This document shows, piece by piece, positions 12,222 to 22,290 of a stretch of DNA of 64,000 nt. Source of the stretch: Selaginella moellendorffii (lineage: Eukaryota; Plantae; Lycopodiophyta); NCBI RefSeq assembly GCF_000143415.4, contig NW_003314344.1, positions 683,737 through 747,736 of the forward strand, written 5' to 3'. A model generated the notes under the pieces. It worked only from the letters and a program-made list of their open reading frames with translations, ran no database searches and was not told the origin of the DNA. Both the position numbers and the translations under genes were made by a program. How positions within the stretch are numbered: position 1 is the first letter of the stretch; every line of letters begins with the position of its first letter.

Positions 12222-12770
12222 ATGGCTAGGGAAAATGCTATTGCTACTCGCACTTGGCCCCCATGCATCTCATATGAGTCTCCACCTCCGTCTCCAACTT
12301 CTACCAACATTCCACCCTTCCCTCCATACATCAATCGTTGTGAGGCCTTTTCTTTTGTAGCCCCAAGTGTGACTGAACAAGAGATCCCTCTTCCAGATAA
12401 TGTTCTAGATGTTGCTACTAAAGATGGATTGCCTCATGTGCTTCAAGAGCGATGCCAGATGTTTCTTCAAGATCTTGCTCCTGATATGGTTGAAACTTTT
12501 GAAAGAATGAACACATATTATCTCCAGTGTCCCATCTGCTACTTTTATTTAGATAAAACGGAAGGCTGTATGGGTCTAGAAACTTTTCTAGAACACTGTC
12601 ACAACTGCCCAAGAACTGGTGTGGAAGGTGTGCACAAATGGATGTATAAGAAAATCAAGAAAGAGTTAAGAACACACAATCATTATCATTTCATGGTGAG
12701 GAACAATATTCCGTTAGTAAATCCTACAACCACAAGTGCTGAATATGGTATTTTTAGGCCATCCTACTGA
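12222..12770 (+). CDS. Small zinc-finger protein (zf-XS/SGS3-like), paralogue 2
   Basis: LQCPICYFYLDKTEGCMGLETFLEHCHNCPRTGVEGVHKWMYKKIKKEL. TATA box (tataaata ~12162) upstream. Tandem paralogue of 11409-11963. Confidence 0.7.
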   Translation: MARENAIATRTWPPCISYESPPPSPTSTNIPPFPPYINRCEAFSFVAPSVTEQEIPLPDNVLDVATKDGLPHVLQERCQMFLQDLAPDMVETFERMNTYYLQCPICYFYLDKTEGCMGLETFLEHCHNCPRTGVEGVHKWMYKKIKKELRTHNHYHFMVRNNIPLVNPTTTSAEYGIFRPSY

Positions 12771-13210
12771 AAATTCCAGCCACTAATAATTCTTACACTA
12801 TGATATTATTCATCCCCCCCCCCCCCTCTCGCCTTTTTTTTATTAACAAAATTATATTACCTATAGATAATAAACTGATAATACTAGTAATTATGAAATT
12901 TGACAGACTGACACTGTAACTTTGTCATCTTTGACACTGACACTGTCTCTGTCACTGACACTATCACTGTCGCTATCTGCTACACTGACACTGTCAGTGT
13001 CACAATCATTATCACATTGACATGTGACACATCTTTCTCATTGCATTCAATTGTCTTTTAATGTATCATTAATAAATAGATTTTTCATACCACTCCTCAA
13101 TTTACATATTGCATATGATGTGCCATGCATACCTAGGAAGACTTCTAGAAAACTAAATATATATTATTTATAAGTTTTTAAAACATCATAAATTACCTCC
13201 TAGAAGCAAC

Positions 13211-16200
13211 TCATAGAGAAGGACGAAAACCTCGAAGACGGCGTTTGAAGAACTCATGTTCTTCAATCGCAAACACCGATCTACCAGAGTCACGTGCTGC
13301 TTCGACCATCGAACCACTACCTGCTGTGCAATCGATGACAACACCTCTAGTTGGGCAATAAAGCTCAAGTAGGACATGCATCGCCGATGGAGATCGGAAC
13401 CGATACCCAGACAATGTGTTGCGGATGTCGTCGTCTATGAGATTTGGTATGATGTCAGTAAAGCTGTCATACCCTGGCAAAACCCTTGCAGCACGCTCGC
13501 TATCATGAAAACCGTCATTTTCTTTTCTGCAAAACACATGGTAGGTCCACATCATAACCTGAATAATAAAACTTTAAGAGACAACCAAAACAGAAAATGA
13601 TTTCTTACCTTCTCTGGCATGCCTAGGACACCTTTGGTCTCGACCCCAACACTATCCATGATGCATCCGGAAGAGAACCTCTTGAAGTTGACTCGACTTG
13701 CATACCTCATAAGGCAGGACATCCAATGGGGGTCATTCGGGAGAATGAAGGCAACTTGACCGGTTGTGTGAAGGAGAATTGCTGCCAAAAGGAATGCATC
13801 CTTCAAGTGGTCTTTAGTCAGGTTGTTCCAGCTTGGGACATCACCATTAGCGTCTGGAAGACCATCTGGCATGTCAAAGAGCATGAAGTTTGTGCTCTTG
13901 AGCGGTCGCCTATGGATCTTCTGACAAAAGTGCTCCCACTTTTGCCGGATAGCCATTTTCTCAGCATCCTCCTCAAAAGATGCCATCAATGAACTATAGG
14001 AGCCAATAAAGATCCCAACTTCACCACGGAATGCCACTGGAGATACAGGGCGAATCTAGGGGGAGAAGACAAAGATAAGATGTGAATTTAAGAAAAATTT
14101 ACATACCGTCATGTGGCGTGTGGTAGATGTAAGTTCCTCCAAGTCCTCTTCTCGAGCATCAAGACGAGCTGGAATGAAGTTACTCCCGACAGTTTTTGCT
14201 GCAACCATTTTGAGGAACTAAGAAAAGGAGAGAATAAAAAGAAATATACCTCGAGAAGTTCTTCGGTTACGGGGACGTTTTGGACGATCATCATCACTGT
14301 TGACTAATTCCTCCAGATGTGGATTTGCTCGCTTTCGTCGAGGTAGAACTTCTTGGACGTTCTGGTTCTCTTGCTCGACTTCGTCTCGAAGAATCTCGTT
14401 CTCACCGCCATCTTCACTCTGCTCGCCATTGGCACCAACAGGGTCGACATTCTCATGGCCATCATCTTCGTCATCATTGTTGCCTCTTGCAGCCTCATGG
14501 TGGGTTGGTTCATAATCTGGCATCTCCAATTCCCAAGGACAAGCGCGCTTTATTGCTGCTGGAAACTTCATTGTTGTCGGGTACATGCCTCCATCTCTCA
14601 CACCATGCCTCAGGAGGCGTGTGCATACCGGTGTTTCGAGAGGAAAGCTTCTATATTGGAGATACCTATAATAGAATATAAACAATTGAGTATAGTTGAG
14701 AAATTGTATGTTACCTGAAAGCCGCTCGACGCATGAAGGTTGGCCAAGTTGTTTCTCAAATGGAGTCGTGCTTGTGGCCTTCTTTGGCAGCCAGTCCTCT
14801 CCAAGTTTTGTAAGCTCAATGGTGACGAAGTCCTTAAATGGAAGTTGCTCAGGATCATCCCCTATGAAAGGTGCTAGAAACATCTCCCCTTCATATACAG
14901 TTTGTGAAATGTAGACGGTCCTCCTCATCACAGTCTCCATCATACTGTCCAAACCTTTTTCTCCTTCCCTGAGTCTGCTATTGAGGTCGTTTAGAATGTG
15001 TATCTGTTCCTCATATGTAAGCTTTGACTTTGAGATGTTGTAAATAATCTCATCTGGAGTCTTGCCCACTAAAAAATAACTTTTGTGAGAACCTTCATGT
15101 AAATATAAACAATACTTACTTTCATGACAAGAAATCTCTGTTATAATATCGAACCACTCCTTTGGGCGTCGAGGGTCAGCCACACTAAGTAATTTCTTTA
15201 CCTTTGTCTTCTTTGTGGTGTTGATTTTCTTGTCAATTGCAGCTAAATGCTCTGAGAGTTCTTGATCATTTTCAGCTCGATGCGACTGTGCATATGCATC
15301 TTGCTTAACCTTCACCAATGGCTGAAGACAACACAAACATTCTATGATAAGAAGTATACTTAAAAGAACATACCTTACTCCACACAGTTGTCATAAAAGC
15401 CACTGGATTCTTGTACCATCTATTGGCATCCTGACGACCTCGTTGATGTCGAATAAGTGATGCTAAATCATCACCATAGTGGCTGCGGACTGCATCCTCG
15501 TCGAGATTGGCAAGAAACCGGATCTGCTCCATATCATGTACTAGGCTTTGTTTCTGCACTGCAAACTGTCCCAGTCTGCAAAACATAAATTGTTAAAAGT
15601 GATTGAAGAAGGAGAGGTACTTACGCATTAATTTTGTGGCAAGCTATCACAAGCCTTGCCAAATCTAGAGATCCTCTCGCGTGTACATGTCCAACCGGAA
15701 CATTGATGTGATAGACAGGATCATCTCGGAAGCATTCTCGGATGCACTTCATCCACGCGCACCAGCGATGATTCCCGTCGATAATGTAGAACATTTTCCC
15801 CACAAATTGTTGAGTCTCAGGATGGCTCATAAGGTTGTTGTCAAATTTGCGGGACTTCATTTTCCAAATGTCATCCCAATCCCTCTTGATTTCCGGTGAC
15901 ACCGAGAGGGTATTTGTCGTTCCTGGCTTGAAAACCGAAACAAGGAACATACCTATGTTTGTCCCAAGGCCATTCTGTTTGTACAGACTATAGATGTCCA
16001 TGTTGACGAAGTGCGGTGAAGCAGACCGAACGATGCTTGTCTGAGTGAATCGACATAGTGGGATTTCTCGGATCATGTGCCCCGGGCCTTCCCACTTGAG
16101 AGACTCCAAAGTCGTGTGAATGGCCTTCTCTTTAGTTCTCAAAACTGTCTCTTGGAAGCGCTTGTCGACAATGTGTTCAGGTAGCTCCACTTCTCTTTCA

Positions 16201-17615
16201 GCTTCAGCTACACCTCCAGTAGCACCATTATCAGATCTATCCCCTGACTCGGGCCCAACACCGCCATCAGGCGCACTTGGGCACTGCTCCGTTTCTGCCA
16301 TATTTTGTGAATATGTTAAGAGTAGTGGCATTTGTGGTTGTGGCAGTAATGGTAGTGATGACAATGGTTGCGCTGGTGGTGGTGATGACAATGGTTGCGC
16401 TGGTGGTGGTGATGATGGTGGCGGTGGTGGTGGTAATGGTGGTGATGACGGTGGTGGTGGTAATGGTGGTGATGAAGGTAAAGGTGGCGGTGCCGGTAAT
16501 GGTGGTGGCGGTGGTGGCGGTGGTAATGGTGGTGGTGGCATCGATGGCGGTGGTGGGGGTGCATGTGGACTGGAGCTATGTGGTTGGGAAGACGGTAGAG
16601 TTGTCGCTGTGGAAATCTCTATCTGAAGGTCAACTTGATTGTCATCCTGGATCTCATCTTCCTCATGTCTTCTCCTTAATCCAACATCCTTNNNNNNNNN
16701 NNNNNNNNNNNNNNNNNNNNNNNNNNNNNNNNNNNNNNNNNNNNNNNNNNNNNNNNNNNNNNNNNNNNNNNNNNNNNNNNNNNNNNNNNNNNNNNNNNNN
16801 NNNNNNNNNNNNNNNNNNNNNNNNNNNNNNNNNNNNNNNNNNNNNNNNNNNNNNNNNNNNNNNNNNNNNNNNNNNNNNNNNNNNNNNNNNNNNNNNNNNN
16901 NNNNNNNNNNNNNNNNNNNNNNNNNNNNNNNNNNNNCTCGCGGGCTGTTGGCCTTGGCGCTTGGTGCGGGCGCCGGTCCGCCTCCAAGTGCCAAGGCCGG
17001 CTCGGGCAAAATGCCCGGGCCAGGCACTTGGCACGCACCGGCCTTGGCAATTGGAGGTGGGCCGGTTCGCTGGCGTACCGGCCCTCCTCCAAGCGCCAAG
17101 GCCGGCTCGCGGGCTGTTGGCCTTGGCGCTTGGACTTAGCTGGCTCGCACCAAATGCCCAGCGTGGGCATTTGGCGCAAGCACTTGGCGCCTTTGCCAGC
17201 CAAGCGCCTTGGCCAGCCTGCGTGGACTTGGCCGGCCCAGGCGGAGTGCCCAGCCAAATGCCCGGCCTGGGCACTTGGCAGCGGCGGTGTTGGGCAGCAG
17301 TGGCCCTAGGCAGCGCGGCGCTGGCGTGGCGTGGCGTTGGCACGGCAGCGGCGGTATGGCAGTGGCGGTGCTGGGGAGTGGCGGCACGGCAGCGGCGGCA
17401 TGGCAGTGGCGGTGCTGGGCAGGCAGCACTGCGCTAAGCGTGGCATGGCAGTGGGCGGCGCTCGGCAGCCCTGGGCAGTGGCGGTGCTGAGCATGGCGTG
17501 GTGTGCGCAGCGTGGCGGCGCTGAGCATGGCATGGGCGCGGGGGCGCTGGGCGGGGAGGAGAGGGAGTGGAGGAGAGGGAGTGGAGAAGGAGGAAAAACT
17601 TACTCTTGGCGGCAT
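13211..17615 (-). CDS. Multi-exon ParB/Srx-like + beta-class amino-(N6A/N4C) DNA-methyltransferase-like fusion protein, copy B (apparently intact where visible)
   Basis: Likely micro-exon ATG CCG CCA AGA|gtaagt at 17615; Pro-rich linker; FYIIDGNHRW (DGNHR at 15765-15779); acidic linker; GEVGIFIGSYSSLM; TNFMLFDMPDG (13861-13875); RSPSAMHVLLELYCPTRGVVIDCTAGSGSMVEAARDSGRSVFAIE (DCTAGSGS at ~13310-13333). No stops seen in the inferred exons; N-gap at 16692-16936. Confidence 0.8.
16937..17560. repeat. GC-rich palindromic/tandem repeat array in the inferred first intron of the ParB-MTase gene B
   Basis: Repeated inverted pairs ggccttggc(g/a)cttgg ... ccaag(c/t)gccaaggcc, followed by ggcagtggcggtgctg-type tandem units. 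Adjacent to an assembly gap. Confidence 0.75.
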
Positions 17616-18421
17616 TCTGTTCCCGCAGTCACTCTCAATCTCCCGCGATACTTTCTGTAAAACCCTAACGCCGGCAGCTGCCCTAACCCTAATCTAACTT
17701 TCATCACAGCCGTTCATCATGGATGCAGTAAATCTTCACTGTACAATAAATAATAAATCTAGCACTGTACAATTTCTATTCCGCCCTAGATTTGATCACG
17801 TGACAAAGTCCTTTTGAATTGTAATTTAATAATGGAGGTGTGCTCTAATATGACTATGTCATAATGTGAAATAATGTCACAGACGCATGTGTTGAATTGA
17901 TCACAGTACGAAATTGTTAGAAAATATAAGATTATTAAATCGTAAGGTGTTATTTCCAAAGTAATGTATATAGATAATTTACTATAGGTGATAGATGGTA
18001 GTACAAAGATGGAATATATTTAAATGAGTTCAGAAGAATGTGATGATTTCTAGCTTTAATGAAGTACTGAAAATATGTACAATATTTAATTTATTTGGCA
18101 ACAATTGGTTGATGGTAGATCCTAGAATAAAATCATTCCTATCTTTCATATTATGGCACATGCTTGACGTGATATTTCTTTCCATTCTACCAAAAGTTAG
18201 TGCATATAATAAATTTGAGTATGTTTTTGAATTCAATGTATATAGACTTTTAATATTGTACAACATAGTCCTATATACTTCATACAGAATTTATTATAAC
18301 AACATTATTCGATGTTAGATCCTAGAATAAAATCGCCCTATCTTTTCACATAATGGCATAGCACATGTGAGGTGACATTTCGTTATAAAAGTTCAAAGTT
18401 CCAAAACCTAAAGGCAACAAA

Positions 18422-21400
18422 ATGGAGGGCTTCCTTTTGCATTACCAAGATCACCCACCGCTTTCTATCTCCCAGAGTCTTATTTCAGAAAGTTTTCTTT
18501 GCCGACGTTTCGATCTTTCTCTCGGTTCTATTTCATTGGAAGCTGTGATTCGCAACAACATTGGTGTAGTTGAACGATCGGAGTTTCTTCTTTCGGGTGT
18601 AGGTGAAGGTGGACAACATTGGGATTTGCAACATTCCAAGTCGAAAGAGATTCGAGTTTTTGGATCTCCAATCAAAGTGCGAGGTTGTGATCCTGCTAAA
18701 GTGAATGTGAAGCAAGAGTCGGTCGTCATCATTTCTTCCTCTTCTAGTTCTAGTGGAGATGTTAGTCCAGTGCGAGCCAAGAATTTCCAAACTCCAACTT
18801 CACTGATATTCCAAGCTGTTTGCAACGCTTTCCAGTTTTCCCGCCTCTCTATCGACGTGCATTCCTTTCTGCATAGGCTCGTTAGCGAGCTCCCTTCTAC
18901 ATACAATGGCAATATCTTCTTTGAACTACCACCTCTTGTCAGCTCAAAACGAAAGGGGATGGAGACGAAGCAGGATGTCCATAACTGGTGCAAGATCAAG
19001 ACCACACATTTCCAGCATTTTGAAGGCACAGTGTCCATGGTTCATTGTGGTGGGTATTTGGATTGTGTGAATAAAGCATGCAATCAAGAGCGTGGTAAAA
19101 ACTCCATATTTTTTTAAGGATCTGCAACCAATCCTCCCCTCTGTGACACCATTGGTGTTGGATTCAAGTGTCGATTTTGCAAGAATGCTCCATTGTGTCG
19201 TGCCATCTGCGGGGCCAAGATGTACTATTTTCTTCCACGGGATGGAGAGGTTGGTAGAGCTGCAGTACATATTGGCACGCACACACATCCAATGCAGGAA
19301 GGGATACAAAGGAGTTCAGTCAACCATTTCAAAGATGCAGTGCAGATAGAGACTGTGAGAAACTCATCTGCAACTCCGAAGCATGTTCAGAAGACAGTGC
19401 TCAAGGATTTTATTGCAAATACTTTACTTGATCCGGACTACAAGAATACTCAACTAGATGAGGCTAGCTTGCGGGAGTTACTACGACATGTGCAACCTGC
19501 AACTAGCCTTAGAAGGTATGAAAATATTATTACATACTTTTCAATAATATCTCTCTTACATTTTGTTTTATTTAGGATAAAGTCTTGGATGTGTGAATCT
19601 CGAGAGGGGAAACTCCAATCAAAAATCGACTCAATCCTTGAACTAAAACGGACTTGTCCCTATGAGTTTATCCATGGGAGTTTATTTCCAGATCAAGTCG
19701 TTAGTGAGCAAGAGCGCCCCTTCGTTTTCAAAATGTCTACCATGGGCCCTGCCTCTGGTGTGGACCTTGTTTCCCGAATGGATATGTCTGGGTCGAGTGA
19801 CCTTGCTAATGCATGGGTACATTTTGACCATATGGAGCGGGTGGCAGGTTGGACAACCATGGGAGCTCATGTGTATGATCCAAGGTAGTTTTTTTTCTCA
19901 TTATCTTAAAATGGTTTTAAACATTGCACTTTTCACAGGCTACGTTGTAACTTGACAATTGCAACGGCAGAGTTTAAAGTACAAGACCAGATGGCTCAAG
20001 AAATATTTTGGAAGTCCCTCTCCGACATTGTATTGAAGCGGACTGGTAAGCCTGCCAACTTTCGCGGTTTCATGGCAGATGGGGCTGGGGCTAATTGGAA
20101 TGGTGTCCGGGCAGTCTTTGGGAATGGTCTACCCCTAGAAGGTCGTGAGAGGACATGTGAGTTCCATTGGGCTCAGAGCCTAAACCAACACTGCCACCTT
20201 ATCAAGCCAGATTTCCAATTAGCATTTAAGGAGTTGTGCAAACAATGGCAAGCTGCACCTTCTGAAGAAGAGCATGAGGCAAAAGCAAACGAGATTCGAA
20301 TGTGGTGGCGTGAAGATGGCCATACTGACGTAAGTTGTCTACCACAACTTGAGTCGTGGTTGGGGTGGTGGGAAGTTAGAATGTTCCAATGGGGACATCA
20401 CTCTTTTCAGGTTGGTTTTTCTTTTTTTCCTCTCTTTTTATTGCTTTTTAATATCATCTTTTTATAAGGATCAACCACTTGAGGATCTTGCATACACCCC
20501 AACTGTGAATCTCTTAGAGAGTAAACATTGGAGCTGGCGTTCCTCTGAGGCAGGGAAAGGGAAGATGAGTCTATATGAAGCATGTCTATCAGATTTGATA
20601 CGCGCTGTAGAGCAGTCTTCAAAAGCTTTGGCATTTGAGGAAGGAAGATACATGGGAACAGGACCTTCGGTTGAGATGTTACACGATCGGATGAAGAAGA
20701 AAGTGACTCCACCAGCACGAACAATAGCAACTGCAGTGGAGGAAGTGGTCCGCGGCACATCTATGGAGTACACTCCTCGGGCTTCTATTGGTGATATGAA
20801 GACCGTCCGCTCAAAGCGTCGATTTTCTTTTGCTGGTGAAGATGTTGGCACGGATCTTGGAGCAAAAAGCTCTCACAAGCCTGATGTTGAGTATCATTCT
20901 GCTCCAAGACATCGCCCCAGAACCGAACCACCTCAAGTGGCTGATGAAGAAAGTGCATCACAGCAGGTTGAAATTGCTTATCGTAGTGTGGAGCCGAAGC
21001 AATGGGCAATCCGTCGAGTGCCAGCGAAATCAAATGTAAGGTGTGTGGGGATGCTTCCAAGGGGCAAGTGTTGGGCTTGGATCCGTGGTGAAAAATCTGC
21101 TTCTGTTCCAGCCCCATGTTTCTATGGGGAACGAAAGCAAGCAGGATTTTCAAGATGGTGCTGGCTATATTGTTGCAACACCGACGCCAACCATACGAAG
21201 CAGCTTGAAGACACTATAGTGACTAAACCTGATGCAGTACCTAAAGAATGGCCGGTTGCTAATGGGGTCGCGCTCACCTCGGATGAGATTGAAAACCTTG
21301 AGAAATTTGGTTTTAATCTTGAGAGGAGAGTTGGAGACATGAGTGACAGGAGCAGGACTATTCCTACAGAGATGCACAGGAGGCCAGCACGAAAAGGTAA

Positions 21401-21746
21401 AGCAGTTAAATTTATTGGTACCGTCTCCAAGCAGAAGCAAGGTAAAATAAACTTGGCTCAAACACTTGAGTGTGAGATTCTCTCCACGAAGTACATCACT
21501 GCGCTTGCAAAGGAGTACATAGTCAAAACAGAAGGTGGAGAGTACACAATTGCCATTCACGACTTTCCTTCTTGCACATGTCCAGACTTTATGAAGCGCG
21601 AGGAACATGGGAAGGCATATGCTCCTTGCAAGCATATGTACTACATCTTCATCAACATCTTGCACCAGGATCCTAAAGTGGATATTCATATACACCAAGC
21701 AAGCCTTACTATTGCTGAGTTGCAAAAAACTTTTGGAGCTAATTAG
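18422..21746 (+). CDS. MULE/Mutator transposase: GCM/WRKY-like Zn domain + DDE + C-terminal SWIM; one in-frame TAA at 19115-19117
   Basis: N-terminal HCGGYLDC..CRFC..C..HIGTHTHP. DDE candidates WVHFDH, FMADGAG with downstream CEFH, and TVNLLESKH. SWIM CTCPDF..CKH. Three short introns (~19516, ~19886, ~20411). The stop aligns with a sense codon in the second copy (FFEGSAINP). Confidence 0.9.
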
Positions 21747-21837
21747 ATTTCTCCAACACTATCGATGTTTATTCCCCTTCAATAAAACTTATTATACTTT
21801 ATATAATTAATACAAATGTGCTTTTTCATTTCACTTT

Positions 21838-22290
21838 TCATTTTATATGCTTCCGAGTGTTCTTCTCGCAATACTGCCCATAGTACTCGTGTGTCTCCAT
21901 TTCTGTCTTTACCATCTCAAAAAAGATTTCATGGTAGTCTTTCGGGTGCGTGATGTTGCAGTGTGTCGCAAGAGCATATATACCATCATACTGATCATTG
22001 CCATTGTTTCCACCAGACGCTAGAAAACATACGGGGCACTTCTTGAAAGTGGCAGAATTGCATTTTTCTAAAACAAGTAAGAGGGCATTCTTTTTCACCC
22101 AATTTGTTGCACCCTCTGTCATTGCATTTATCTCCAACTCATGATCACTATCCTCACTATCCTCTCTTTCATTCTCTTGTGTGATTTGGTTATGCTGTGC
22201 AATGGGATAGTTATTGCATCTCCTAGCCCTTGAGCCCTGGGAAGAAAGATTGTGAGAGTTAAAATTACCAACACTAGAACCCATAGACAT
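21838..22290 (-). CDS. Small zf-XS (SGS3-like) zinc-finger protein, third copy in element B
   Basis: KKCPVCFLASGGNNGNDQYDGIYALATHCNITHPKDYHEIFFEMVKTEM. Intact intronless 150-aa ORF, convergent with the transposase. Confidence 0.65.
   Translation of the reverse strand: MSMGSSVGNFNSHNLSSQGSRARRCNNYPIAQHNQITQENEREDSEDSDHELEINAMTEGATNWVKKNALLLVLEKCNSATFKKCPVCFLASGGNNGNDQYDGIYALATHCNITHPKDYHEIFFEMVKTEMETHEYYGQYCEKNTRKHIK

Noticed and set aside
13211-17615. Bacterial or phage contamination as the source of the ParB-MTase
   Set aside because: The gene has multiple short GT-AG introns at conserved positions in three copies and sits inside a eukaryotic MULE with a TSD.
16120-17697. Gly-rich, His-rich, Val-rich and Ala/Pro-rich ORFs
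   Set aside because: They are alternative-frame or antisense readings of the poly-proline linker and the GC-rich repeat array, partly spanning an N-gap.
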